Positions 28,731-38,126 of a DNA stretch of 64,000 nucleotides are shown here, one piece after another (the stretch's first letter is position 1; every line of letters starts with the position of its first letter). This DNA comes from Lachnospiraceae bacterium (GTDB lineage: Bacteria; Bacillota; Clostridia; Lachnospirales; Lachnospiraceae). The notes below the pieces were generated by a model. That model had not been told where the DNA came from and ran no database searches. It saw only the letters and a list, made by a program, of their open reading frames with translations. The stretch lies in NCBI GenBank assembly GCA_045616785.1, contig JAZLHJ010000055.1, positions 9,715 to 73,714 on the forward strand, in the 5' to 3' direction. The position numbers and the translations under genes are program-made.

Positions 28731-28755
28731 ATTTTCTCGTTGAAAACGAGAAAAT
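28731..28755. promoter_or_regulatory. Perfect 11-3-11 inverted repeat, candidate operator or 5'-UTR hairpin
   Basis: ATTTTCTCGTT-GAA-AACGAGAAAAT. It lies 20 nt downstream of the candidate -10 and 94 nt upstream of the GH26 ATG. Confidence 0.4.
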
Positions 28756-28848
28756 AGTTGTTAATCTTTTAGCTAACCACAAGATGTTGTTAATTAACAG
28801 TTAAGTAAATCAAGCAAACATGTTACTTAACACGAAAGGAAAAGCAAG

Positions 28849-30351
28849 ATGAAATTAACTAAGTTCGTTAAGTTACTTTTAGTATGCGCACCGTGTTTGT
28901 TAATCAGTGCGTGTACAGGTGATTCGGAGACGAATAATACTGCGGAAACAGAGGAACAGAAAGTGGTACTTGTATGCGAAGCTGAAAACGGAAGCTTTAA
29001 CGGAAATGTACATGCCGGATCTTCAAAGAGCGGCTTTTCCGGTGAAGGATATGCGGAAGGATTTGAAGAAGACGGGGACAGCGCTTCCATTACCGTTGAC
29101 ATCGAAGAAGACGGGTTTTATGATCTGACATTTTCATCAATGGGTTTTGGAGGATACAAAGAGAACTACGTCGACGTTGATGATGAGAGAATCGGATGTT
29201 TTCCTTCCGAGGGCGATGCATTTACAGATGCAAGCCTTTCGAGAATATTCCTGACAAAAGGACAGCATGTTGTCAAGGTCAGCAAATACTGGGGATATAT
29301 AGCTCTCGATAAGTTAACCGTTATGACAAGCAAAGAGCTCCCTGCCGATTACTTTGAATACAGCGCGAAGCTTTCGAACCCGAATGCTTCCGATAACGCC
29401 AAAAGAGTTATGAGCTTTCTTGCCGATGAATACGGCAAACACTTCCTTTCGGGACAGAATTGCGACGGCGGTCTTTACGGACATGAAAATGCGTGCCTCT
29501 GGAAAGCAACCGGAAAGTTCCCGGCGGTTCTCGGACTTGACATGATTGAGTATTCACCTTCGAGAGCAGAGAACGGAAGCGTTGGAAGAAGCATTGATTA
29601 CGCGAAAGAAGCCTGGGAGGCCGGAGCAATCGTAACAATGTGCTGGCACTGGAACGCTCCTTCAAAATATCTTACGGGAGTATGGTACAGCGGATTCTAT
29701 CAGGAGCATACGAACATAGATCTTGACAAGATTATGAACGGTGAAGATGAAGAAGGATACAATCTCCTGATTTCCGATATGGATGCCATTGCAGCCGAGC
29801 TCACAAAGCTGAAGGATGAAGATGTTCCGATCCTCTGGAGACCGCTTCACGAAGCAAGCGGCGGATGGTTCTGGTGGGGACACTGCAAGAGCGAATCTTA
29901 CATCAAACTTTACAGACTTATGTACGACAAGTTTGTTAACGAATATGAATTAAACAATCTGATATGGCTTTGGAACGGACAGGACCCCGAGTGGTATCCG
30001 GGAGATGATGTTGTCGATCTTGTCGGAACTGATATATATCCCGGTGAAAAAGTTTACACCTCACAGTTCAGCACATACGACGAGACAAGGAATTCTGCCG
30101 GCGGAAAGAAAATGGTTGTTCTTTCCGAAAACGGATGCCTCTTCGATCCGGAACTTGCAAAACGTGACGGAGCAATGTGGGGATTCTGGTGTACCTGGGG
30201 CGGTGAGTTTGTTACAAACTCCAAGACCTACAATACTTTATCGGAACAGTACACTGAAGAATATATGGTGAAAAAAGTGTATGAAGATGAAAATGTTCTT
30301 ACACTTGATGAACTTCCGGATTTGGAGGCCTATCCCATCAGAGAGGAATAG
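28849..30351 (+). CDS. Endo-beta-1,4-mannanase GH26 with N-terminal CBM35-like module; lipoprotein
   Basis: 500 aa. Lipobox LLISAC. CBM35-like segment CEAENGSFNGN..GFSGEGYAEGF..DGFYDLTF..GYIALDKLTV. GH26 catalytic signature WRPLHEASGGWFWWG. Confidence 0.9.
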   Translation: MKLTKFVKLLLVCAPCLLISACTGDSETNNTAETEEQKVVLVCEAENGSFNGNVHAGSSKSGFSGEGYAEGFEEDGDSASITVDIEEDGFYDLTFSSMGFGGYKENYVDVDDERIGCFPSEGDAFTDASLSRIFLTKGQHVVKVSKYWGYIALDKLTVMTSKELPADYFEYSAKLSNPNASDNAKRVMSFLADEYGKHFLSGQNCDGGLYGHENACLWKATGKFPAVLGLDMIEYSPSRAENGSVGRSIDYAKEAWEAGAIVTMCWHWNAPSKYLTGVWYSGFYQEHTNIDLDKIMNGEDEEGYNLLISDMDAIAAELTKLKDEDVPILWRPLHEASGGWFWWGHCKSESYIKLYRLMYDKFVNEYELNNLIWLWNGQDPEWYPGDDVVDLVGTDIYPGEKVYTSQFSTYDETRNSAGGKKMVVLSENGCLFDPELAKRDGAMWGFWCTWGGEFVTNSKTYNTLSEQYTEEYMVKKVYEDENVLTLDELPDLEAYPIREE

Positions 30352-30354
30352 CGA

Positions 30355-31053
30355 ATGAACAAGGGAAACGGAGTACCAAAAAAGGAAACAGATCCGTATG
30401 CGAAGAAAAAGAAGATAAACCCGTTCAGTCCCGAAAGTACCTTCATGGCGATACTTACCAAGATAGGACAACTCCTGATACTGAATGTTTTGTGGGTTAT
30501 AAGTATTATTCCGATAATAACCTTCGGAACGGCGACGTGCTCTTTTTACTACTCGGTAATGAAGAGCATAAGACGAGGCAGAAGCTATCCGGTGCTTGAG
30601 TACTGGAACTCTTTCAAAAGGACTCTGGGGAACGGAGTGATACTTACAATCGGGTTCGGAGCTCTGACAGCAGCACTGCTCTATATGAGAAACATGGCAG
30701 TTTCGCTTGGCAGCGACAGAGGGAAACTCCTGAACGGAATTTATATAGCAATACTTGCGGTGATTGCATGCATACTGGTATATCTTTTCCCGGTTCTTTC
30801 AAGGTTTACCATGAAGCTTTCACAGATGATAAAGCTTTCACTGGTTATGGCAATAAGGTTTTTGCCGTTTACAATTTTGATAATCGCGGGAACGGCGGTG
30901 CTCATCTGGGCGTGGTTCTACTTTCTGCCGATTCCGCTTATCCTTGTATGGCCGGGGGCGTGGATGTACACATGCACATTCCTTATAGAAAAAGCCTTAA
31001 GGAAATACATGCCGCCCCCAAAAGAAGGCGATGACGCCTGGTATTACGAATAA
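30355..31053 (+). CDS. DUF624 (YesL-like) integral membrane protein
   Basis: 232 aa. LILNVLWVISIIPIITFGTATCSFYYSVMKSIRRG is typical of DUF624. About 6 TM helices. C-terminal PPPKEGDDAWYYE tail. Confidence 0.75.
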   Translation: MNKGNGVPKKETDPYAKKKKINPFSPESTFMAILTKIGQLLILNVLWVISIIPIITFGTATCSFYYSVMKSIRRGRSYPVLEYWNSFKRTLGNGVILTIGFGALTAALLYMRNMAVSLGSDRGKLLNGIYIAILAVIACILVYLFPVLSRFTMKLSQMIKLSLVMAIRFLPFTILIIAGTAVLIWAWFYFLPIPLILVWPGAWMYTCTFLIEKALRKYMPPPKEGDDAWYYE

Positions 31054-31082
31054 TGTTTTGACAGAAAAGGTATGGTAAGAAA

Positions 31083-34076
31083 ATGAGTTTTCTAAAAGAA
31101 ATGAAAAAAGGAATTGCATCTGTTCTTTCGCTTTCTCTTGTTCTCGGGCTTGTATTTGCGTGTGACACCGTCAGTGTCGAGGCAGCAACACTTACAAGAG
31201 ATGAGGCGAAAGAAATCGTAAGTACTTATTCCGTTTCGGATGAGGTTCCGGGATACAATGAGTATCTTGAAATGCATAAGAATGCTTTGCGCCCGAATAA
31301 AACCATTGAGATTCCGGCAGACACATATACATCATATTCTGAAAAAGAAAACGAAGTAACACCGGAGAAGTATCTCGATTTCGAAGGAATGAGCGGCTGC
31401 AGCGTACTTACCACCGAGACGGGTCTTATCGAGTTTGAAGTGAATGTGCCTGAAACCGGACTTTATAAAGTTGAGTTTGAGTATTATCCGGTTGCCGGTA
31501 AGAACTCGGAAATACAGAGAAGCATTTTCGTTGACGGAAAGCTTCCTTACGGAGAGCTTTCACTTATCGAGTTCCCCAGAATCTGGTCTACCGATGTTGC
31601 ACAGGATGCTTTTGCAGCGGGCCATGAAGAAATCTTCTGGCACAAGGATGTTCAGGGAAATGACATGAAGCCTACTTCAATTGAAATTCCCGAGTGGATT
31701 ACAAGCGAGCTTCATGACAATAACGGTTATATTACCGAGCCGCTTTGTCTTTTCCTTGAGAAAGGCACACATACAATTTCGGTAAACTCACAGCGTGAGC
31801 CGATGCTTCTTCACAAGATTGTTCTTACCAATTCCGAAGAAGTGGAAAGTTATGAAACAGTAAAGAAAGAATGGGATGCTATGGGAACGCAGAACACTTC
31901 CGGAATCGAAGTTGTGATTCAGGGCGAGGATGCAGCAAAAACATCATCTCAGATGCTTTATCCCAAGCAGGATCAGTCAAGCCCTGCCGTATATCCTTCA
32001 AGTCCCAAATCGCTTCTTAACAATACAATCGGCGGAAGCAGCTGGTCACATGCGGGACAGTGGATTGAATGGAATTTCAGAGTGCCGGAAAACGGCTACT
32101 ACAATATCTCTCTTTTCGATAAACAGAATTTTATGAGAGGTATTTATGTATCAAGAAAAATCAGTATTGACGGAAAGGTTCCTTTTTCGGAACTTGAAGA
32201 TTACGGATTCACTTATGATTCCGGTTGGAGAACAGATGTCCTTTCCGATGCGAGCGGAAATCCCTACAGCTTCTATCTTGAAGAGGGTGAGCACACAATC
32301 AGAATGGAAGTTGTTCTCGGTGATTTCTCTGAAGTAATTGCAAATGTTCAGGACTGTGTATCACAGCTTAATGCAATCTACAGAAAGATTATCAGAATTA
32401 CAGGCGTAAGCCCTGACTCTTACAGAGATTATCAGATTGAGGCTTCTCTTCCGAATCTGAACGGCGAGCTTGTTGCCGTAAGAGACCAGCTTGATGAAGC
32501 AATTCTTGATCTTAGAGCTGCAGCAGGAAGAACGTCCGATAAGGAAACGGTTCTTATCACAATGAGAGATCAGCTTAACGATCTTATTGAAGATGAGGAA
32601 TACTTTGTAAAAGTCATTTCCACATACAAGACAAATGTAAGAGCGTGCGGTACCTGGATTACACAGGTTATCGACCAGCCGCTTCAGGTAGACAAAATTA
32701 CTGTTTACTCACCTGATGTTGAGACAAATGAAAGAAGCAATTCTTTCTGGGCGAAATTCAAATACGAAATAGCAAGACTTTTCTATTCCTTCGTAATTGA
32801 TTACAACTCACTCGGCGCAACAGAGGAAAATGAGGAAAACAAGTCAATTACCCTTTGGATCGGAACAGGACGTGACCAGGCGAACGTAATCAGATCACTG
32901 ATTGATGAATCCTTTACAAGCGTGTACGGAGTAAACGTTAATGTACAGCTCGTGGATATGAATACACTTCTTCGTGCAGAACTTGCCGGTGAAGGACCTG
33001 ACGTGGCAATTCAGGTTGCCAATACAAACGGTATTGCGGGTGCGGTTCTGAATACCGGAAATGACACTCCTGTCAACTACGGACTCAGAAATGCGGTACT
33101 TGATTTAACGCAGTTTGATGATTTCGATGAAGTAACAAAGAGGTATTACGACAGTGCTCTTACGGCATTTTCGTTTAACGGTGCAACTTATGCACTTCCT
33201 GAGACACAGACCTTCCCGGTTATGTTCTACAGAAAAGATATCATCAACGATCTTGGAATTGAAATTCCGAAGACCTGGGATGAGGTAAAGGTTGTAATGT
33301 CAATACTTGCCAAGAACCAGATGGAATTCGGAATGCTTCCGTCGGAACAGATATATGCGATGCTTCTTTATCAGAACGGCGGAGAGTATTACAACGAAAA
33401 CGGAATAAGCTCGGCACTTGATTCCGACATAGCGGTAAACACCTTTAAGGAGTACTGCGAATACTATACCGAATACGGTCTTGATAAGACGACAAGTGTG
33501 GAAGAAAGATTCCGTACAGGTGAGTGTCCGATTATTATTGCCGACTACACGGTTTACAACAATCTTGAAGTATCTGCTCCCGATATTGCGGGACTGTGGG
33601 ACTTCACAATGGTTCCCGGAACAGTTCAGGCTGACGGAACAATTGATTACTCGGTAGGATGTACAGGGCTTGCAAGTATGATAATGGCCGATACCAAAGA
33701 GCCTGAAGCATGCTGGGAATTCCTCAAGTGGTGGACAAGTGCTGAGGTACAGACACTGTTCGACAGAGAAATGGAATCACTTATGGGTTCTGCTGCGAGA
33801 GTAGCGACAGCCAATATCGAAGCTTTCGAGAACATGCCATGGCCGGTTGACACATACGAATCACTTGCAGAAGCATTTACCTGGGTTAAAGGTATTCCGC
33901 AGGTTCCCGGAGGATATTACTCCTGGCGAAATGTTAACAACGCCTTCTACACGGTTACAACAGATACCGATACGGCATCACCGAGAGAAGAGCTCATGGA
34001 CAAAGTTTTATACATTAATGATGAGATTACATACAAGCGAAAAGAGTTCAATTTGCCAACGCTTGAAGATATTTAA
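31083..34076 (+). CDS. Giant extracellular ABC solute-binding protein: signal peptide, two CBM-like beta-sandwich modules, helical linker, family-1 SBP domain
   Basis: 997 aa. Signal peptide with AXA-type site (VSVEAA). Two internally similar modules (ETGLYKVEFEYYPVAGKNSEIQRSIFVDGKLPYGEL and ENGYYNISLFDKQNFMRGIYVSRKISIDGKVPFSEL). The C-terminal ~420 aa are SBP-like (ITLWIGTGRDQANVIRSLIDE.., PDVAIQV, FSFNGATYALPETQ). Confidence 0.75.
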   Translation: MSFLKEMKKGIASVLSLSLVLGLVFACDTVSVEAATLTRDEAKEIVSTYSVSDEVPGYNEYLEMHKNALRPNKTIEIPADTYTSYSEKENEVTPEKYLDFEGMSGCSVLTTETGLIEFEVNVPETGLYKVEFEYYPVAGKNSEIQRSIFVDGKLPYGELSLIEFPRIWSTDVAQDAFAAGHEEIFWHKDVQGNDMKPTSIEIPEWITSELHDNNGYITEPLCLFLEKGTHTISVNSQREPMLLHKIVLTNSEEVESYETVKKEWDAMGTQNTSGIEVVIQGEDAAKTSSQMLYPKQDQSSPAVYPSSPKSLLNNTIGGSSWSHAGQWIEWNFRVPENGYYNISLFDKQNFMRGIYVSRKISIDGKVPFSELEDYGFTYDSGWRTDVLSDASGNPYSFYLEEGEHTIRMEVVLGDFSEVIANVQDCVSQLNAIYRKIIRITGVSPDSYRDYQIEASLPNLNGELVAVRDQLDEAILDLRAAAGRTSDKETVLITMRDQLNDLIEDEEYFVKVISTYKTNVRACGTWITQVIDQPLQVDKITVYSPDVETNERSNSFWAKFKYEIARLFYSFVIDYNSLGATEENEENKSITLWIGTGRDQANVIRSLIDESFTSVYGVNVNVQLVDMNTLLRAELAGEGPDVAIQVANTNGIAGAVLNTGNDTPVNYGLRNAVLDLTQFDDFDEVTKRYYDSALTAFSFNGATYALPETQTFPVMFYRKDIINDLGIEIPKTWDEVKVVMSILAKNQMEFGMLPSEQIYAMLLYQNGGEYYNENGISSALDSDIAVNTFKEYCEYYTEYGLDKTTSVEERFRTGECPIIIADYTVYNNLEVSAPDIAGLWDFTMVPGTVQADGTIDYSVGCTGLASMIMADTKEPEACWEFLKWWTSAEVQTLFDREMESLMGSAARVATANIEAFENMPWPVDTYESLAEAFTWVKGIPQVPGGYYSWRNVNNAFYTVTTDTDTASPREELMDKVLYINDEITYKRKEFNLPTLEDI

Positions 34077-34094
34077 GGAAGGAGGAAGACAAAA

Positions 34095-35048
34095 GTGGCT
34101 AAAGAAAACAAACCGGAAGAGCTTTCATACGATGCCGTTGCGATTGCAAAGAGACAGGCTAAGCTCGGATACAGAATAAAGAAAAGCAAAGCTTCCTATT
34201 TCATGATTGCACCATATTTCATTCTTTTCTTCTTCTTTACGGTGCTTCCGGTATTAATATCAATGGGTCTTTCGTTTACCTATTTCAATATGCTTGAATG
34301 GCCGACCTTTAACGGCTGGGACAATTATGTGAAGCTTTTCCTTGAGGACGATATCTTCCTTATCTCTCTCAAGAACACACTTATCTTTGCAGTTATTACA
34401 GGACCTGTAAGTTACCTTCTGTGTCTTTTGTTCGCATGGATAATCAATGAGTTCTCAAGCAAGGTAAGAACAGTACTTACACTTATCTTCTATGCTCCTT
34501 CAATCTGCGGTAACGCATACATGGTTTGGAGCCTTATCCTTTCATCCGACAGATACGGATACTTAAACGGTCTCCTTATCAAACTCGGAATACTTGATGA
34601 ACAGAAGCTCTGGATGCAGGATCCCAATTACATTCTTCCCTGCCTTATCGTAGTTCAGCTCTGGCTTTCACTTGGAACAGGTTTCCTTTCCTTCATCGCC
34701 GGACTTCAGACAGTAGACAAGAGCCTTTACGAGGCAGCTGCACTTGACGGTGTTAAGAACAGATGGCAGGAACTTTGGTATGTAACACTTCCCGCAATGA
34801 AGCCTCAGCTTATGTTCGGTGCGGTTATGCAGATTACACAGTCCTTTGCAGTAGCTGATATCTCCATTCAGCTCGCCGGTAATCCGTCTGTTAACTACGC
34901 GGGTGCAACGGTTGTTACCCACCTTCTCGATTATGGTTCAACGCGATTTGAAATGGGTTATGCTTCCGCAATAGCAACTGTTCTGTTCCTTCTCATGGTA
35001 GGAACCAACAAGCTTGTTCAGAAGCTTCTCGGAAGGGTAGGTGAGTAA
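34095..35048 (+). CDS. Carbohydrate ABC transporter permease (MalF/LplB-like)
   Basis: 317 aa, GTG start after AAGGAAGGAGGAAG. Six TM helices and an EAA-type loop (LYEAAALDGVKNRWQELWYVTLP). Confidence 0.9.
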   Translation: MAKENKPEELSYDAVAIAKRQAKLGYRIKKSKASYFMIAPYFILFFFFTVLPVLISMGLSFTYFNMLEWPTFNGWDNYVKLFLEDDIFLISLKNTLIFAVITGPVSYLLCLLFAWIINEFSSKVRTVLTLIFYAPSICGNAYMVWSLILSSDRYGYLNGLLIKLGILDEQKLWMQDPNYILPCLIVVQLWLSLGTGFLSFIAGLQTVDKSLYEAAALDGVKNRWQELWYVTLPAMKPQLMFGAVMQITQSFAVADISIQLAGNPSVNYAGATVVTHLLDYGSTRFEMGYASAIATVLFLLMVGTNKLVQKLLGRVGE

Positions 35049-35050
35049 TT

Positions 35051-35950
35051 ATGGCTAAAGTAAGATCCGAGCTTCCCAAGAAATTTCATTTCTGGAATAA
35101 ACCCAGAGAGAAAAAGCTTAACCGTTCAATTGCAGGTAACTCGCTTCTTTTCGTAATAATGGGTATATGCGGAGTATTCATGGCGCTTCCTCTTGTCATG
35201 ATTATCAACAACTGTCTGAAACCTCTTGATGAGATTTTCCAGTATCCGCCCAAGATTTTTGTAAGAAATCCATCCTTTGAGAACTTTACCGATTTGTTCA
35301 TGATAATGAATGATTCCTGGGTTCCGTTCTCAAGATACATTTTAAATACAATAATTATTACCGGTTTCGGAACACTTGGACATGTTATTCTTGCTTCGCT
35401 TGCGGCTTATCCCCTTGCCAAGCATGATTTCCCCGGCAAAAAAATACTTTTCAACATGGTAGTTTTGTCGATGATGTTCTCGTGGACAGTAACACAGATT
35501 CCGAACTACATGATTATCAGCTGGCTCGGAATCAATAATAATTACCTTGCGCTAATTCTTCCGGCCTGCTCGTTCGGTATGGGTCTTTACCTTATGAAAC
35601 AGTTCATGGAGCAGCTTCCTTCCTCCCTTATGGAATCTGCGAGACTTGACGGAGCGAGTGAATGGCACATTTTCTGGAAAATAGTAATGCCGAATGTTAA
35701 GCCCGCATGGCTGACACTGGCAATTTTCCAGTTCCAGCAGATGTGGGGCAATACAGGTTCGATGTTCCTTCGTGATGAACAGCTCAAACCTCTTCAGTTT
35801 GCCCTGCAGCAGATTTCGGCCGGCGGTACTGCGAGAGCAGGTGCTGCCGCTGCCGTAACCTTTGTTATTGCAGCAGTACCTATTATATTCTTCCTTTGCT
35901 GTCAGAGTAATGTCCTTGAGACAATGACAACATCAGGAATGAAGGATTAA
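35051..35950 (+). CDS. Carbohydrate ABC transporter permease (MalG/LplC-like)
   Basis: 299 aa. EAA loop LMESARLDGASEWHIFWKIVMP. Starts 2 nt after the upstream stop. Confidence 0.9.
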   Translation: MAKVRSELPKKFHFWNKPREKKLNRSIAGNSLLFVIMGICGVFMALPLVMIINNCLKPLDEIFQYPPKIFVRNPSFENFTDLFMIMNDSWVPFSRYILNTIIITGFGTLGHVILASLAAYPLAKHDFPGKKILFNMVVLSMMFSWTVTQIPNYMIISWLGINNNYLALILPACSFGMGLYLMKQFMEQLPSSLMESARLDGASEWHIFWKIVMPNVKPAWLTLAIFQFQQMWGNTGSMFLRDEQLKPLQFALQQISAGGTARAGAAAAVTFVIAAVPIIFFLCCQSNVLETMTTSGMKD

Positions 35951-35960
35951 GGAGGCGGGC

Positions 35961-37481
35961 ATGAAGATTAGAAAGCTTTTAATCAAAACAGCTGCCTTTG
36001 CACTTGCCTTCGGAATTACTTTTTCAGCAACTGCCGGAGATGCCTACGCAGCCGAAATACCTTACGATACATACAATTATGATTACAGGGAGAACATAGT
36101 ACTGACACCTGCGGCATACGTTCCGATGGGCAGTATAACAGGTCTTTCTGTAGGGGCCGGTGATTTCTACGAGCCTCAGGATATGTGTATTGCTCCTGAC
36201 GGAAATGTTTACATAGCAGATACCAAGAATAACAGAATTGTTGTTCTTGATAAGGAAATGAAAAGCTGCATCCAGATTCTTGACAGCTTTGACCGCGAAG
36301 GAACTGCAGACAGTTTCAATCAGCCCTACGGAGTATGTGTTTCAGAGAATGAACAGCTTTATGTAGCCGATTCCGGAAACAAGAGAATTGTTGTTCTGGA
36401 GCTTGACGGTTCATTCGTTAAGATAATTGACAATCCGCAGTCGGAAATCCTTGAAGAAGGTTTTGATTTCGTACCTCTTAAGGTTACGGTTGATTATGCA
36501 GACCGTGTATATGCAATAGTTAAGAACGCATTTGAAGGAATTCTCGTTTTTGAGAGTAACGGAGATTTCACAGGATACTTCGGAACAATCGAAGTTAAGA
36601 TTACTCTCTGGGAGAAGTTCTGGAGAAAGCTTGCAAGTAAGGAAGAGAGAAGCAAACAGCAGCTCTTCATTCCTACGGAGTTTACCGGAATTGATGTTGA
36701 CTCTGACGGATTTATCTATGCTTCGAACCTTGATTCGGAAGGAATTCAGGGAGTAAGAAGACTTAATCCTCAGGGAAAAGATGTAATCCAGAAGGGTGAA
36801 AACGCAAATGTCGGAGGCGACATTGTTGTAGGAACCTACGGTGATTTCGGCGGACCTTCCGAATTTACCGATGTTGTATATCGTGATAAAGGAATTTACT
36901 CCTGCCTCGACCGAAAGAGAGGAAGAATTTTTACCTACGATAAGGAAGGAAATCTTCTCTATATATTCGGAGGACTCGGAACGCAGGAAGGAACCTTTAC
37001 AACACCTGTTGCGATTGAGAGCGTTGGCAACAAGATTCTTGTAATGGATGCCTACTACAGTGCAATTCTTGTTTTTGAAGAAACGCAGTACGGTTCCCTC
37101 ATAAATGAAGCTGTAGGACTTCGATACGACGGTGATGAAACTCTTGCAATTGAGAAATGGCAGGAAGTTTTAAGACTTGATGAGAACAATGAGCTTGCAA
37201 ACTCCGGTATCGGAAAAGCATATTTGACAGCCGGTGATAACAAGACGGCAATGCACTATCTTGAAATCGGAATGAACAGGAAGTATTACTCGATAGCCTG
37301 GAAGCGATACAGAAACGAAATTATGGCCGAGAACCTTAACTGGATAATGACGGTTCTTCTGGTACTGATAATCGGACTGTTCGTATACAGCAAGTTCTTT
37401 AAGAAAAAAGTTAAGGCTTTGAGAGCCGAAAAGAAAAAGCAAAGAGGCAAGGACAAGGAAGAGAAAGGAGGGCTTACCTGA
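35961..37481 (+). CDS. Secreted NHL-repeat beta-propeller protein with TPR-like segment and C-terminal membrane anchor
   Basis: 506 aa. Signal peptide (..ATAGDAYAA). NHL-type repeats (GNVYIADTKNNRIVVLD, QLYVADSGNKRIVVLE, ILVMDAYYSAILVFE). Helical LAIEKWQEVLRLDENNELANSGIGKAYL.. segment, TM helix WIMTVLLVLIIGLFVY, and a Lys-rich tail. Confidence 0.75.
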   Translation: MKIRKLLIKTAAFALAFGITFSATAGDAYAAEIPYDTYNYDYRENIVLTPAAYVPMGSITGLSVGAGDFYEPQDMCIAPDGNVYIADTKNNRIVVLDKEMKSCIQILDSFDREGTADSFNQPYGVCVSENEQLYVADSGNKRIVVLELDGSFVKIIDNPQSEILEEGFDFVPLKVTVDYADRVYAIVKNAFEGILVFESNGDFTGYFGTIEVKITLWEKFWRKLASKEERSKQQLFIPTEFTGIDVDSDGFIYASNLDSEGIQGVRRLNPQGKDVIQKGENANVGGDIVVGTYGDFGGPSEFTDVVYRDKGIYSCLDRKRGRIFTYDKEGNLLYIFGGLGTQEGTFTTPVAIESVGNKILVMDAYYSAILVFEETQYGSLINEAVGLRYDGDETLAIEKWQEVLRLDENNELANSGIGKAYLTAGDNKTAMHYLEIGMNRKYYSIAWKRYRNEIMAENLNWIMTVLLVLIIGLFVYSKFFKKKVKALRAEKKKQRGKDKEEKGGLT

Positions 37482-38116
37482 TGCTGAAAAAGTATTTTTC
37501 GAAAGACAAATGGCTTTATGCATTACATACGGTGAGTCATCCTGCTGATGGATATTACTGGATTCGCCATAAAGAAAGAGGAAGCGTTCCGATAGCTGTT
37601 CTTCTTGTTATGCTGTTTTCCATCAGTTTTTCAATTAACAGAATTTCTGCCAGCTTTATTGTAAATGATATTGATCCTCTTTCAGTAAATACCATTACAG
37701 AGCTTTTTGCAGTACTTCTTCTGTATTTTCTGTTCTGTGTAGGTAACTGGTCAATCACCTGTCTTATGGGAGGTGAAGGTCGACTGAAGGATATAGCCAT
37801 TGCAATCGGCTATGCGATGATTCCGCTTATTATCTGTTTCAATATCGGAACATTGTTCAGTCAGTTCGTTGCACAGAATGAGGAAGCATTTTATTGGATG
37901 ATAATTGCCATCGGTATTGCGTATGCGATTTTCATGGCATTGATCGGAATAATGGAAGTTCATAACTATTCAATAGGTAAAACACTTCTTGTTATTCTGC
38001 TTACGTTTGTTGCAATGTTTATCATTATATTCATTGTTTTGTTGTTTGTTGATCTTATTAACCAGGTATACAGTTTCTTCTACAGTATTTATCAGGAACT
38101 GATATTCAGGGCATAG
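37481..38116 (+). CDS. Yip1-domain-like polytopic membrane protein
   Basis: 211 aa with five predicted TM helices in the bacterial YIP1-family arrangement. The ATG shares one nt with the upstream TGA (TGATG), and an internal RBS AAAGGAGGG precedes it. Confidence 0.7.
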   Translation: MLKKYFSKDKWLYALHTVSHPADGYYWIRHKERGSVPIAVLLVMLFSISFSINRISASFIVNDIDPLSVNTITELFAVLLLYFLFCVGNWSITCLMGGEGRLKDIAIAIGYAMIPLIICFNIGTLFSQFVAQNEEAFYWMIIAIGIAYAIFMALIGIMEVHNYSIGKTLLVILLTFVAMFIIIFIVLLFVDLINQVYSFFYSIYQELIFRA

Positions 38117-38126
38117 GAGGAGAGTC

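Noticed and set aside
28616-28804. 62-aa basic ORF (GTG start, GGGAG 9 nt upstream) in the long intergenic region before GH26
   Set aside because: It has no recognisable family and a GTG start, and it overlaps the best promoter candidate and the palindrome. An open frame of this length is somewhat unexpected in AT-rich DNA, so it is not fully excluded. The evidence is insufficient to call a gene.
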